DNA from: Wolbachia endosymbiont of Litomosoides sigmodontis
GTDB lineage: Bacteria; Pseudomonadota; Alphaproteobacteria; Rickettsiales; Anaplasmataceae
Length of the DNA stretch: 32,000 nucleotides
Assembly: GCF_013365435.1 (NCBI RefSeq)
Contig: NZ_CP046577.1
Span: 840,001-872,000, forward strand
Direction: 5' to 3'
Shown: positions 9,150 to 20,712 of the stretch, piece after piece
Numbering within the stretch: the stretch's first letter is position 1
Layout: each line of letters begins with the position of its first letter
Translations under genes and position numbers: made by a program
The notes under the pieces: model-generated
Database searches by the model: none
What the model was told of the DNA's origin: nothing
Seen by the model: the letters and a program-made list of their open reading frames with translations, nothing else

Positions 9150-10361
9150 ATGAAAGAAGATTTCGCATTCAAGATAATTAAACAATCAGCTTATGCAAGA
9201 ACTGGAATAATTAAAACTCCAAGCGGAAACATAGAAACACCAGCGTTTATATTTTGCGCAACAAAAGCTGCAATTAAAGCTGCAGATATCGAAAGGATCA
9301 GTGAAGCAGGTACTCAAATAATACTTTCTAACACCTATCATCTAATGCTTCAACCAGGAGAAAATACTGTTGCAAAACTCGGTGGTTTACACAAGATGAT
9401 GGGATGGAATGGGCCAATGCTAACTGACTCAGGTGGATACCAGACATTTAGTTTAGGACATGGATCAGTTTTTGAGGAGGTGAAGGGAATAGGAAAAAAA
9501 CAAAAAACTCTGATTAAAATTGATGAAGATGGGGCAATTTTTCGTTCTTACATTAATGGTAAAACCTATTATTTAACTCCTGAGAGGTCTATACAAATTC
9601 AACAGAAATTAGGTGCAGATTTAATCCTAGTTTTAGATGAATGCACCCCATTTCACGTTAGTAAAGAATATACACAAAGGTCAATGCTCATGAGCTGCAA
9701 GTGGGCTGAACGTTCTTTAAATGAATTTAGAAGAGATGATGCTGGCAAACAAGCACTGTATGGAATTAGCCAAGGTGGAGTGTATCAAGATTTGCGTAGA
9801 GAAAGTTGTAGCTTTATTAACAATTTACCATTTTTTGGTCAAGCAATAGGTGGATCACTTGGTCACAGTAAGGAACAGATGTATGATGTAGTTTCCTTTA
9901 CTATGGAATACTTAAAAAAAGACAGGCCAACTCATTTGCTTGGTATTGGTGGGATTATAGATATTTTTCGTACAGTAGAACTTGGAATTGATACATTTGA
10001 TTGCGTACATCCGACCCGCTTGGCAAGACATGGTAGCGCGCTTATTAAGATAAAAAATAGAAATTCAATTTCTTCAAGATGCAAAGAGTATATTAATTTG
10101 CGAAATCAACAATTTGAATTAGACAATAATCCAATTGAGAGCGACTGTTTATGTTTTACTTGCAGAAAACACTCGAGAGCTTATATACATCATTTATTGA
10201 AAGCTAAAGAACTGCTAGCCTATACTCTCGTTACCATCCACAATGTTTTCTTTATGAATAAACTGATGAAGTCAATAAGACAAGCAATATTAGATGATAA
10301 GCTAGACCAAGAAAAAAGTAATTGGGTTAGTGAAACACAGTTAATTAACTATGAAGTATAA
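9150..10361 (+). CDS. tgt: queuine tRNA-ribosyltransferase
   Basis: 403 aa. LTDSGGYQ (catalytic Asp region), VLDECTP, FDCVHPTRLARHG, and Zn site CLCFTC...H. The ATG directly abuts the nuoE stop. Confidence 0.93.
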   Translation: MKEDFAFKIIKQSAYARTGIIKTPSGNIETPAFIFCATKAAIKAADIERISEAGTQIILSNTYHLMLQPGENTVAKLGGLHKMMGWNGPMLTDSGGYQTFSLGHGSVFEEVKGIGKKQKTLIKIDEDGAIFRSYINGKTYYLTPERSIQIQQKLGADLILVLDECTPFHVSKEYTQRSMLMSCKWAERSLNEFRRDDAGKQALYGISQGGVYQDLRRESCSFINNLPFFGQAIGGSLGHSKEQMYDVVSFTMEYLKKDRPTHLLGIGGIIDIFRTVELGIDTFDCVHPTRLARHGSALIKIKNRNSISSRCKEYINLRNQQFELDNNPIESDCLCFTCRKHSRAYIHHLLKAKELLAYTLVTIHNVFFMNKLMKSIRQAILDDKLDQEKSNWVSETQLINYEV

Positions 10362-10418
10362 AAACATAGCAGTTTTTTATGATTTGAGTATAATTCAAGC
10401 TTTATCTAAGTAGTAAAG

Positions 10419-11969
10419 ATGAATTATTTAGTAGACTATATTTTAGCATCTCTTTCTTTACCATTTTTTATTACTAAAAATTATTTGTTAATTACTGCAT
10501 TGATTCCGTTTTTAAACGCAGTAATTATTCTCTTTATTGGTAAATGGCCTAAGGTAAGTAATGGCATTACTGTTGCTTCTTCTATACTTTTATTTACATA
10601 TACATGTTTATGCACTTTATATTGGGCATATGGCGATTATTCTCAGTTTATTCTCATGGATTTTGGTAAAGGTTTGCATATTAGTTTAAAGCTAGAATCT
10701 ACTGGAGTAGTGTTTAGTTTATTAATATCATTTTTATGGATATTAACTAGCATATACGCAATATATTATATGCAGAACAATTACCCTGACAGTAACTATT
10801 CAAATTTTTTATGTTTTCTTTTGGTATCAATCAGCTGCACGATGTTTATCGCTTTTTCTGGCGACTTGCTTACTACGTTTGTCTTTTATGAGCTCTTGAC
10901 TATCAGCACTTATCCTCTTGTTACTTATAACGCAACAAATGAATCAACAATAGCTGGACGTTATTATTTTGGTGTGTTGTTCTTTTCTTCCTTAGTATTA
11001 TTTTTTCCAGTTCTCGGTCTCTTGTATAATAAATTTCATACTTTGGATTTTGTAAGCGGTGGAATATTTAAATTTGATACCTCACTCATTACCTTTACTG
11101 CAGTGTGTTTTGCTATGCTAATTTATGGCTTGAGCAAAGCTGCATTAATGCCAATGCATTTTTGGTTACCAAGAGCAATGGTTGCACCAACTCCTGTAAG
11201 TGCATTGCTACATGCTGTTGCTGTCGTAAAATCTGGGGTTTTCATCATTATAAAAGCCATATTATACACTTTCGGTATCGACAACCTGCAGCGCTTTACA
11301 CAACAAAATTGGTTCGCTGGAGGATGGCTACCGTATGTTGCAGGATTTACCATCATTGCTGCTTCATTCATTGCATTAGAGCAGAAAGAATTAAAAAAAT
11401 TGCTTGCTTACTCTACTATTTCTCAATTGTCATATATTATACTATTTGCTTCAATTTTTAGCGAGCTTGGCGCAAGAGTAGCAATTTTTCAGTTAGTTTG
11501 TCATGCATTTGCAAAAATCACTTTATTTTTTATTGCAGGTAGTATAATAACAAAAACAGGTGAAGAACATATAAATAGAATTCATGGCATAGGAAGAAGT
11601 ATGCCAATTACCATGGTAGCATTTGCTATAGGTGCATTATCTATGATAGGAGTGCCACCTGCCCCAACCTTCTGGGGTAAGTTTCTCATTTTTCAAGTTG
11701 TTTTTAACTCTGGCAGTATAACGCTTTCTATATTTGTCACTCTAGTATTAATTATAAGTACTATACTTAATGCTATGTACTTTTTGCCAATAATTTACAA
11801 CGCTTTTTTCTCACAATCTCCTAAGAATTTTTTTATTAAAAAAACACCAATCTTTCTAATTTTACCACCAATTATCACCGCGATGTGTATTTTTGTTATT
11901 TTCCTCCTTGTGACACCATTTATTTTACCACTTTGTGCTAAAACAGATGCACATTTGAGTCTATATTAG
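10419..11969 (+). CDS. proton-conducting membrane transporter family protein (MrpD/MnhD or NuoN-like subunit)
   Basis: 516 aa polytopic membrane protein with the family motif WLPRAMVAPTPVSALLHAVAVVKSG. Subfamily (antiporter subunit D vs complex I chain) cannot be resolved by eye. Confidence 0.8.
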   Translation: MNYLVDYILASLSLPFFITKNYLLITALIPFLNAVIILFIGKWPKVSNGITVASSILLFTYTCLCTLYWAYGDYSQFILMDFGKGLHISLKLESTGVVFSLLISFLWILTSIYAIYYMQNNYPDSNYSNFLCFLLVSISCTMFIAFSGDLLTTFVFYELLTISTYPLVTYNATNESTIAGRYYFGVLFFSSLVLFFPVLGLLYNKFHTLDFVSGGIFKFDTSLITFTAVCFAMLIYGLSKAALMPMHFWLPRAMVAPTPVSALLHAVAVVKSGVFIIIKAILYTFGIDNLQRFTQQNWFAGGWLPYVAGFTIIAASFIALEQKELKKLLAYSTISQLSYIILFASIFSELGARVAIFQLVCHAFAKITLFFIAGSIITKTGEEHINRIHGIGRSMPITMVAFAIGALSMIGVPPAPTFWGKFLIFQVVFNSGSITLSIFVTLVLIISTILNAMYFLPIIYNAFFSQSPKNFFIKKTPIFLILPPIITAMCIFVIFLLVTPFILPLCAKTDAHLSLY

Positions 11970-12755
11970 TCATTTACCCTTTATAAAAGGCATATTTTCA
12001 TTAAATAAACAAACTGTACCTGACCCATTTCTCAAGGTAAATACTGAACCTATTCTTTCAATTATAAGATAATCATCTACTGTACGAAAATTTACTAAAG
12101 ATTCATGCCCAGAAGAATCAACTATAAAAACCGCTGGAAAATTAGAATTTACCTTATTAAATTGCAAATATGTAAATCTCCCATCATCAAAAGCTTTAGT
12201 TGGTATTATTGACTGGCTGCCCTTAACATGTGAGATGGAATAATTAAAATTTATGCCCTTCTTTATAATCTCAATATCATTTATGTCGGGAATAGTAGTG
12301 GGATTAGCCTGTTCAAGGATATCACCATTATTGGTCGTGTAAATTTCACCATTGCTGAATAGTGGATAAAGAAATCTTACTTCGTAAGCTAATCTTGGAT
12401 CATCCAACCCAGTTGCTTCCTCAGCATGAAGTTCGAAGTAATAGACTCTTTTATTAGTAATTACAGTTGCGTTAGTATCAGCAATATCATCTACAGGCTT
12501 GATAAACAACCTATTACCTTGAGGAACAAGCTGCCAACCAGTTGAATCACCCATTGAAAGATTTTGTATTATTTCACCTGCTTCAAACAATATACTGGAT
12601 TGGTAACCATAAAAACCAGTGTATTTATGTATAGCCTGTGGATTATAGTTTATTACCTTTATGTGACTGTCTGCAGCTATTGAACGTGGCTCCTGTTTTG
12701 CAAATACATCACCACTACAAAAAAATAACAGTATAGCAAACAATAAACTAACCAT
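11970..12755 (-). CDS. virB9: type IV secretion system protein VirB9 (solitary paralogue)
   Basis: 261 aa. Signal peptide MVSLLFAILLFFCSGDVFA, and VirB9/TrbG-like features (YEVRFLYP, INFNYSI, FDDGRFTYLQF). No other virB/virD gene in the window. Confidence 0.82.
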   Translation of the reverse strand: MVSLLFAILLFFCSGDVFAKQEPRSIAADSHIKVINYNPQAIHKYTGFYGYQSSILFEAGEIIQNLSMGDSTGWQLVPQGNRLFIKPVDDIADTNATVITNKRVYYFELHAEEATGLDDPRLAYEVRFLYPLFSNGEIYTTNNGDILEQANPTTIPDINDIEIIKKGINFNYSISHVKGSQSIIPTKAFDDGRFTYLQFNKVNSNFPAVFIVDSSGHESLVNFRTVDDYLIIERIGSVFTLRNGSGTVCLFNENMPFIKGK

Positions 12756-12842
12756 AACATTAAAAATATATACTAATCCTCATTTTATCATTGAGAAACA
12801 CAAACTGCAACTGTTAAGGCATCAGCTCTTACTTGCTACTTA

Positions 12843-13931
12843 TACCAATTTTCACTCTATCAAAGAGAGGACAGACAATAATGAAAAAGAAGCCATGCTA
12901 AAGTAAGCAAAATAGCAAGGTTTAATGGCATTAAAATCAAAATTACTGGATAAAAAAGTCATGGAATTAGCAAAAGAAGCGTTGAAGAGAGTGCAAAACA
13001 ACGCATATGTTACAAAAAAACTAACGCTGCAATTACAGTAAAAAAGCAGTATAATAGCCATAGTAAGGAATATGCTGCATTTCAAGAATAGAATTAGCTG
13101 TATGAATAAAGCACCTAAAATTTGAAAGAAAAGTAAAGTTGTTTATTCTCTCCTCATGGTTGTAGAAAACTAGATTAAATCAAAGTCAATTTGGACAAGC
13201 TGAAGTATAGATATAAGAAGATCCTAATATTACCATTAAAGAAATGAGAATAAGAATCTAGAAAAAATTTGGCTTTAATATCAGCAAGTCTATAGTCATA
13301 TGCAAAAATGAAACTTCCCTATATCGGCTAAAATCAATTTACAATAAACAAGATTAAGATAAACAGGAAGAGTTGAAAAAACTAATGAGACTATTTTGGT
13401 AATCGCCATGAACAAAAGGCTATTTCCCTTTGATGAATTGCGATTTAGCACACATTTAAAAGTTGAATATGGATAGTTTTGAAAGGTGTTAGAACACAGG
13501 TTAAAGTAAAATTGGATAGATAAAATTTTTATCTCTACAGCGGCAATTAATCCTAGAAATGGAGAGAATTCTAGCTTATTTGCATTGAACATCAACACTG
13601 ATTATATGAATATATTTCTTTAACGAAAGTTGCAATATTTAAGAATATGAAAAGCCTTTCTTGTCATAAATTGTGCTAATTAGCATAAGTCAAAAAATTT
13701 AAAGGTATTTAAAAATACCAAGATTATATACCTAACACATACTCACCTGAGTTCAATCTTATTGAGAGACTTTAATTGTATGTAAAAATAGAACATTTCA
13801 CGTAGTAAAGTCTATAACATAGTTGCTTTGCTTGATAGCGTTTTGTACAAATTTATTACCCCTCTTCTCACTCTATAATTAAACAACCCTGCAATGTCAC
13901 TTATTTGATTCATTAACAATGAGAATTAGTA
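12843..13931 (+). mobile_element. degenerate IS630-family element, copy C (longest, about 1.09 kb; transposase pseudogene)
   Basis: TA-CCAATTTTCACTCT ... CAATGAGAATTAG-TA termini. Conceptual translation in shifting frames gives FDELRFSTHLKVEYG (DE at 13432-13437), VINCAN*HKSK (13663-13695) and YSPEFNLIERL* (13740-13775). These match the DDE/YSPELNPIE pattern of IS630/Tc1-mariner transposases. Many stops. Confidence 0.85.
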
Positions 13932-14144
13932 TTAGACTAATATTGCTTACCATTACAAGCACAGTCCTTATACCGATATCAATGATCACTAAGTTAAATA
14001 TCGATTTTTTTTGCTTTACAAAGCCCGCATATAACGCCTCATCAAGTCAGTGCTGAGTTAAGATTTTATGACTAATAGCAGATGGAATATTAGCTACAAC
14101 GGCTTTAACTCAATATTACTTGTAATATAAAGATATGAAAAAAC

Positions 14145-14172
14145 TTGACTTAAATCAGTAATTATTTACTAT
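14145..14172 (+). promoter_or_regulatory. putative sigma70-type promoter upstream of nusA
   Basis: TTGACT (14145-14150), 16-nt spacer, TACTAT (14167-14172). Motif match only. Confidence 0.3.
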
Positions 14173-14235
14173 TGAGAATAGCGTCCCTTGTTTGCTGAAG
14201 CTATAGTTATAACTAATTATATAGGGTTTGTTTGT

Positions 14236-15798
14236 ATGATTGCTAATCGCAAAAGAAATGTTAAACAGAAAAGTGACAAAAATAATTTAGTAGGAAGTCT
14301 TGATATAATAAAGACAGCAGGGGAGATTTCACTTCAAAAAGGTCTGGATTTTGAAGTTATAATGAAGGCATTAGAAAGTGCTATAAAAGCAGTGGCACAT
14401 CAAAAGTACGGTAACAAAAGTAAAGTCGTGGTTAATATAGATAGAAGCACAGGCGAAGTTATTTCATACAGAGAATTAAAGGTCATTGATGATGAATTAA
14501 ATAGAGAAGAGAATACCGGATATGAGTCAATTACGCTTACACAAGCCAAATTAATAAAAAAAGATGCAAAAGTTGGAGACACTATTAATGAATTGCTCTC
14601 TCTTAATACTGATCTTGCCTCAGCAAGGATTGCTCAGCAAAGAATCACTCAAGTAATTAAATATGAAGAGTTAAAAAAGCAATATGAAGCCTTCAAGGAT
14701 AAGGTAGGAGAAATAAGATATGGTATTGTCAAACAAGTAGAATATTCAGATCTAATTATAGACATGAATGGTACTAAGGCATACCTTCCATTGCGAAACT
14801 TAATCGGTGGTGAATCCTTTCACGAAGGTGATAAGATTAAAGCTTACATACAAATTGTTAAGCGTTCTGATGATGGACGCCAAATTATTCTCTCTCGGGC
14901 AAATGAAGGTTTTTTAGAGGCATTACTAAATCAGGAGATACCGGAGATTGCTGATGGATTAGTGATAGTTAAGGGTATAGCTAGAGATGCTGGTTCAAGG
15001 TCCAAAGTCGCTGTTTTCTCTCCCGATAAAAACATTGATCCAGTAGGCGCATGTGTTGGAATTAAGGGAGAGAGAATAAAAACCATCATACACGAATTAA
15101 ATGGTGAAAAAATTGATATCATACATTATTCTTCAGACTTAGGCCAATTTGTTATTAAAGCAATCACTCCTGCAGAAGTATCGAAGGTTATTATTGATGA
15201 AAATAAGAATTGCGTAGAACTAATAGTCGCTGAAGACCAATTGAGTTTAGCGATAGGAAAAAAGGGCCAGAATGTAAGATTAGCTTCTGAGCTTGTTGGG
15301 TGGAAGATTGAGATACTAAGCACTCAGCAAGAGTCGGAAAGGCGCAGTAGAGAGCTTAGTCAGTGTTCAGCCCTATTCGCTGAAGCTTTAAACTTAGAGG
15401 AGATTATGGGCCAATTATTAGTCACAGAAGGCTTTGCAAATGTAGAGGATATATCGAATGCTTCCATTAAAGAGCTTGCTTCAATAGAAGGCTTTAACGA
15501 AGATATTGCAAATGAACTGCATAACAGGGCAAACAAATATCTAAAAGCAGAAAACGACAGAAAAATAGAAGAGTTAAAAAGCTTAGGTATGGAAGATGAT
15601 GTAATTAATTTACCTTTATCGACAGATGATAAGATTGCTCTCAGAGAACATGGTATTAAAACTTTAGAAAATATAGCAGACTTGTCAAATTATGAACTTT
15701 ATAGTATACTTTCTTCTTCAGCGAGTGATAAAGAAAATTTAAAAGACAAGGTGGACTCAATGATTATGAAAGCACGCAAGAAGCTTGGTGTAATATAA
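14236..15798 (+). CDS. nusA: transcription termination/antitermination factor NusA
   Basis: S1 and tandem KH domains ([21 protein letters not shown]) plus a C-terminal HhH-like region. The first ATG is at 14236. The ORF track starts at an upstream TTG (14188), which adds 16 hydrophobic residues and seems less likely. Confidence 0.93.
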   Translation: MIANRKRNVKQKSDKNNLVGSLDIIKTAGEISLQKGLDFEVIMKALESAIKAVAHQKYGNKSKVVVNIDRSTGEVISYRELKVIDDELNREENTGYESITLTQAKLIKKDAKVGDTINELLSLNTDLASARIAQQRITQVIKYEELKKQYEAFKDKVGEIRYGIVKQVEYSDLIIDMNGTKAYLPLRNLIGGESFHEGDKIKAYIQIVKRSDDGRQIILSRANEGFLEALLNQEIPEIADGLVIVKGIARDAGSRSKVAVFSPDKNIDPVGACVGIKGERIKTIIHELNGEKIDIIHYSSDLGQFVIKAITPAEVSKVIIDENKNCVELIVAEDQLSLAIGKKGQNVRLASELVGWKIEILSTQQESERRSRELSQCSALFAEALNLEEIMGQLLVTEGFANVEDISNASIKELASIEGFNEDIANELHNRANKYLKAENDRKIEELKSLGMEDDVINLPLSTDDKIALREHGIKTLENIADLSNYELYSILSSSASDKENLKDKVDSMIMKARKKLGVI

Positions 15799-15799
15799 C

Positions 15800-18124
15800 A
15801 TGAATAATGAAGATATCAGTAGCAAAAAACTAACCCTTCAAGGCTTTAGTAAACTTAAATTAGACCTCAATTTGAGCTCTTCTACAAGTCCAGGTATGGG
15901 AGCTACAATAGTAAAAAAAAGAAGAGGAAAAGCTCGCAACACGGAAGAGCAAGATAAAAATAAATTATTAAGTTCTTTAACAGAAAAAGAGCAAATTTCT
16001 CGTATCAATGCCGTACAGAACGCTGCTTTACTGAAAGAAAGAAATCTAAAAGAAGAAAAAGAAGTTATAGTAAAAAAAGATAATAATGAGAAGATTAACG
16101 ATGAAGATAGCACCACATACACTTCATTTAAAGAAACTGAAAAGGAAGTTCTAAATGATGTTAGCTTAGCTAAGCTAATGGAGAATAATACTGACAACAA
16201 AAATAATAATAAAAAGTCTTTAAGGACTAACAAAGATATATACTTCAAGTATTCTAAACAGATAATTGCACAGTCAATAGATGATAAAATTGAACAACCT
16301 TCTGTGTTTAAGCAAAGATTTGGTATAAGAAATAGAAAGTTAGAATTTACTAAGGGTAAAAATATCTCAAGGGAAGTTATTATACCAGATGAGATTACAA
16401 TTAAGGAATTATCTATCCGCATGGCAGAAGATAGCAAAAGTGTACTAAAAATGTTAAAGGAGGAAGTAAGTGAGAATTATGGAGTGGATGATTTAGTAGA
16501 TCCAGAAATAGCATGCGAAATAGTAGAAAAATTTAATCATACGGTTAAACGAGTAAGCGATGCTAATAAAGAAAAAGATTTATTCTTCATAGAAGAGAGA
16601 GAAAATTTGCCTAAAAAAACTAGACCACCAATTGTCACTTTTATGGGACACGTTGATCATGGTAAAACTTCTTTGCTCGATGCATTTCGTGAATCTAATG
16701 TTGCAGAAAAAGAGTCAGGTGGAATAACTCAGCACATAGGTGCTTATCAGATAATTACAAAAAATAAGCAAAAAATTACTTTCATTGACACGCCAGGACA
16801 CGAAGCGTTCACTGCAATGCGTGCGTGTGGTGCTAATATCACTAATATAGTTGTAATAGTAGTTGCGGCTGGCGAAGGAGTCATGAAACAAACAATTGAA
16901 GCAATAAACCATGCAAAAGCGGCAAATGTTTCTATTATAGTTGCTATTAATAAAATTGATAAATCACAATCAGGTGATGTGGAAAGAATAATTAGTAGTT
17001 TACCTCAATATGATCTCATTCCTGAAGAGCTCGGTGGCGATATTATAGTTGTGCCAGTATCAGCAAAAAAGAAAATTAACTTGGATAAACTAGAAGAGGC
17101 GATTTTGTTGATCGCTGAATTAATGAAGCTAGAAGTAATAGAAGATTGCAGAGCACTGGGGTGGGTAATAGAATCTAAAATAGATAAAGCTAAGGGAATA
17201 TCAGCTACATTGATAGTTGAGGAAGGAACGCTAAAAGTTGGTGATATGTTGGTGGTTGGTACAACATACGGTAAAGTACGCAGTATGGTTAATCACCTCG
17301 GTCAAAGAGAAAAGATAGCACTACCATCTTCTCCAATTGAGATAACTGGTCTAAATGCTGTACCAAATGCTGGAGATAAATTTGTTGTGGTAAATTCTGA
17401 AAAACAGGCACGTGAAATTGCTGGATATAGGTTAGAATTAATTAAGGAAAAGAAAGAAGATTTTAGCAACAATAATTTAGACATGCTCAGTTGCAACAAC
17501 AGCAAAATAGAAGAACTATCTATAGTTTTAAAGTGTGATGTAACTGGTTCTATTGAAGCAATATCGAATTCAATCGATAAGCTAGGTAAAGATCAAGTAA
17601 AGTTGAATATCTTACACAAAGCAGTAGGAGGAATAACGGATTCAGACGTGCTGCTTGCAGAAGCATCAAGTGCAGTAATTTTAGTATTCAATGTTAAAGT
17701 AGATTCAAAAATAAGGGATTTAGCAAAAAGGAAAGGCGTAGAAATATATACTTATAATATAATATACGAGCTTATTGATGACATGAGAATGTATTTAACT
17801 AAAATGTTAAAGCCTGTGACACGAGAAGTGCGCATTGGTTCTGCATCTGTAAGGCAGATATTTAATGTATCTAAAGCAGGAAATATTATTGGATGTTATG
17901 TAAGTGATGGAGTTGTAAAAAAAGATTCTCTAATTAAGATAATGCGTAATAATAAGTTGATATATGAAGGAAAGTTGAAAGCTTTACGTAGATTTAAGGA
18001 TGACATTAAAGAAATAGGCACAAACTTTGAATGTGGAGTATCTCTAGATGGTAATGCTGATATTAAAGTTGGAGATATTCTTGAAGCTTATCAATTAGTG
18101 CAAGAAGAAAGGGTATTGTCGTAG
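15800..18124 (+). CDS. infB: translation initiation factor IF-2
   Basis: 774 aa. Lys/Glu-rich low-complexity N-terminus, then a GTPase domain with [20 protein letters not shown] and NKID. Confidence 0.97.
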   Translation: MNNEDISSKKLTLQGFSKLKLDLNLSSSTSPGMGATIVKKRRGKARNTEEQDKNKLLSSLTEKEQISRINAVQNAALLKERNLKEEKEVIVKKDNNEKINDEDSTTYTSFKETEKEVLNDVSLAKLMENNTDNKNNNKKSLRTNKDIYFKYSKQIIAQSIDDKIEQPSVFKQRFGIRNRKLEFTKGKNISREVIIPDEITIKELSIRMAEDSKSVLKMLKEEVSENYGVDDLVDPEIACEIVEKFNHTVKRVSDANKEKDLFFIEERENLPKKTRPPIVTFMGHVDHGKTSLLDAFRESNVAEKESGGITQHIGAYQIITKNKQKITFIDTPGHEAFTAMRACGANITNIVVIVVAAGEGVMKQTIEAINHAKAANVSIIVAINKIDKSQSGDVERIISSLPQYDLIPEELGGDIIVVPVSAKKKINLDKLEEAILLIAELMKLEVIEDCRALGWVIESKIDKAKGISATLIVEEGTLKVGDMLVVGTTYGKVRSMVNHLGQREKIALPSSPIEITGLNAVPNAGDKFVVVNSEKQAREIAGYRLELIKEKKEDFSNNNLDMLSCNNSKIEELSIVLKCDVTGSIEAISNSIDKLGKDQVKLNILHKAVGGITDSDVLLAEASSAVILVFNVKVDSKIRDLAKRKGVEIYTYNIIYELIDDMRMYLTKMLKPVTREVRIGSASVRQIFNVSKAGNIIGCYVSDGVVKKDSLIKIMRNNKLIYEGKLKALRRFKDDIKEIGTNFECGVSLDGNADIKVGDILEAYQLVQEERVLS

Positions 18125-18130
18125 TTTAAT

Positions 18131-18466
18131 ATGAAAAAGAAAATCAGAAATCTAAAAATAGCATCTGTATTGCGTAGAGCAATATCCAAAGTTTTAATGG
18201 AAGATAGAGTATTCAATAAAAATATAGTGGTATCTGATGTAAAATTAAGTGAAGATTTGAAAAAAGCAGATGTATATATTGTGTTATCTTCGTTAAACAA
18301 AGAAGATTATAATATAAATACTATTATTAATGAAATTAACCAATCTTCATGGTTAATACGCAAATCCATACTGAATTATGTTAATTTACGATTTATACCA
18401 AAGCTAGTTTTTAAAGCTGATTTAGCGTTCGATAATTTTGTTAACATAAGCAAAGTACTAAGTTAA
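18131..18466 (+). CDS. rbfA: ribosome-binding factor A
   Basis: 111 aa directly after infB. Size, position and sequence are RbfA-like (RNLKIASVLRRAISKVL...). Confidence 0.88.
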   Translation: MKKKIRNLKIASVLRRAISKVLMEDRVFNKNIVVSDVKLSEDLKKADVYIVLSSLNKEDYNINTIINEINQSSWLIRKSILNYVNLRFIPKLVFKADLAFDNFVNISKVLS

Positions 18467-18479
18467 TTATACTTAACAA

Positions 18480-19349
18480 ATGCATTTCAATTGTTACTTT
18501 TCATTAATGAGGTTACACTGTTTAACAGGCTTGTGGCTTGTGTTATTCCCTAGTTTGAGTGGTATTATCCTAGCCTCAACCTCTCCTCTATCTTGGCAGA
18601 CTTTTTTTTTCTTTATTTTATTTACTATAGGTGCATTCTTAATGAGACCTGCAGGTTGCATAATCAATGATATTTTCGATAAAGAAATAGATGCGCATGT
18701 TGAACGAACAAAATATAGACCACTCGCAAGTGGTAAATTAAATGTAAAGCAAGCTTTAATTTTACTTTCTCTGTTACTGTCTATTGCCTTAGCCGTTCTA
18801 CTGTTTACTAATGAAACTACACTTATACTTGGAATAGTTTCAATGTGTATGGTAATTATTTACCCATTATTAAAGCGTTATGTGTGGTGGCCACAACTGT
18901 TTTTAGGATTTACTTTCAATATGGGATCACTCATGGGCTGGGCAGCAGTGAAGAACCAGATCAGTATAGAACCCATGTTCTTTTATGCAGGATGCATCTT
19001 TTGGACACTGAGTTATGATACCATATATGCTCATCAAGATAAAAAGGATGATGAAAAACTCGGAATGAAATCAGCTGCATTATATTTTGGTGATCAAACA
19101 AAATCTTGGCTAAAAAGGTTTTACTTAACATCTCTTATGATGTGGCTATATGCCGGTATTTTATCATCGTTGAACAACATTTTTTACATTGCTTTGCTCG
19201 CTGTAGGATTTATATTCTATTGCCAGTACAAACATTTCAATCCTGATAACTCCAGTCAATGCATGTCCATATTTAAAAATAATTCCTATATAGGATTACT
19301 GCTTTTTTTTGGTATCTTTTTAGATAGAGTTATGAACTCTGCCAATTAG
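18480..19349 (+). CDS. ubiA: 4-hydroxybenzoate polyprenyltransferase
   Basis: 289 aa polytopic protein. Contains the UbiA Asp-rich motif NDIFDKEIDAHVERTKYRPLASG and a second motif YAHQDKKDD. Confidence 0.9.
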   Translation: MHFNCYFSLMRLHCLTGLWLVLFPSLSGIILASTSPLSWQTFFFFILFTIGAFLMRPAGCIINDIFDKEIDAHVERTKYRPLASGKLNVKQALILLSLLLSIALAVLLFTNETTLILGIVSMCMVIIYPLLKRYVWWPQLFLGFTFNMGSLMGWAAVKNQISIEPMFFYAGCIFWTLSYDTIYAHQDKKDDEKLGMKSAALYFGDQTKSWLKRFYLTSLMMWLYAGILSSLNNIFYIALLAVGFIFYCQYKHFNPDNSSQCMSIFKNNSYIGLLLFFGIFLDRVMNSAN

Positions 19350-19493
19350 ATTACAAAATCTGCATACCAACAAAATTAGATCATTTAAACTCACTCAATA
19401 GAACTTAATCTTGGCCCTATAAACCATACAAATGATATTTACTAGACCTTAATCTTTTAAGCTTATATTTTAATAAATGGTAAGTTGTAATTA

Positions 19494-19721
19494 TACTAAT
19501 TCACACTCTATAAGGAACGGACAGGCAATAATAGAAGAGGAACCACACTGAAGTAAGTAAAAAAAATAACATAGTTAATGACAAAGCATAGTATAACAGC
19601 CACAGCGAAAACATATTGCATTTCAAGAACAGCACTAACTGTATAAGTAAAGTACTAAGATTTGGATAGAATGGATACAAGAAAGCAATAATATAACCAT
19701 TAATGAGACGACTATTGGTAA
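19494..19721 (+). mobile_element. IS630-family fragment D1 (transposase-5' end, internally deleted)
   Basis: Starts TA-CTAATTCACACTCT. Matches the first part of copies C and F1 with internal deletions. Ends at ...ACTATTGGTAA, directly abutting the opposite-orientation copy D2. Confidence 0.75.
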
Positions 19722-20697
19722 TACCAATTCTTATTGTTAGTAGATCAAATAAGTAACATTGCAGAGTTATTTAATTGCAGAATGAATAAAGAGAGTTAAT
19801 AAATTAATATAAAATGCTCTCAAGCAAAGTAATTGTATTATAGATTTTATTACACAAAATGTTCTGCTTCATATACAACTAAAGTCTCTCAATACGATTA
19901 AGCTCTGATGAGTATGGTGATAAGTATATAATCTAGATATTTTTAGGTACCTTTAAATTTTTAACTTATGCTAATTAGCACAATTTACGATAAGAAAGGC
20001 TTTTTATATTCTTAAATATTAAAATACTTGTTTAAAAAATATATTCATATAATCGGTGTTGACATTCAGTACAAATAAGTCAGAACTCTCTCTTTTTCTG
20101 GAATTAATTGCACTATAGAAATAAAAATTTTTGTCTACCTAATTTTACTTTAATCTGTACTCTAACGCCTTTTTAAAATCACCCATGTCCAACTTCTGAG
20201 TTGTCTACTAAATCGGCGATTTATCAAAGATGAATAACTCTTGTTCAGAATACTTCCGATAGTCTCATTAAGTTTTTTCAACTCTTCCTGTTTACCTTCA
20301 TCTTGTTCATTATGAATTGGTCTTGGCATAACAGAAAATTTCATTTTTTGCATATTATTGTAGACTTGCTGACATTTAAGCCAAATCTTTCCTAGATCAT
20401 TATTCTCATTTCTTTAATGGGTTATATTAGGGCTTTCTTATATCCATACTTTAACTTGTCAAAATTGACTTTGATTTAATTAAGTTTTTTATGGCGTTAA
20501 GGTACAAATAATTTTTCTTCTCTATCCAAATCTTAGTACTTTACTTACACAGTTAGTGCCGTTCTTGAAATGCAATATATCTCCGCTGCGGCTGTTATAC
20601 TATGTTTTATCATTTAATCATGCTATTTTACTTACTCCACAGTATGGCTTCTCTTTTATCACTGCCTATCCGTTTCTTTGTAGAGAGTAAATTGGTA
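19722..20697 (-). mobile_element. degenerate IS630-family element, copy D2 (transposase pseudogene)
   Basis: TA-CCAATTCTTATTGTTAG ... GAGAGTAAATTGG-TA termini. Collinear with copies A, E and F2. Its far end is an inverted repeat of D1. It ends 15 bp from the ldcA stop codon. Confidence 0.8.
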
Positions 20698-20712
20698 TTA
20701 GTGCAATGTAAA

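Noticed and set aside
15838-16437. 199-aa minus-strand ORF from the track
   Set aside because: It lies entirely antisense to the Lys/Glu-rich low-complexity N-terminal region of infB. The Leu/Ser/Phe-rich product is a typical shadow ORF of an AAG/GAA-rich coding strand.
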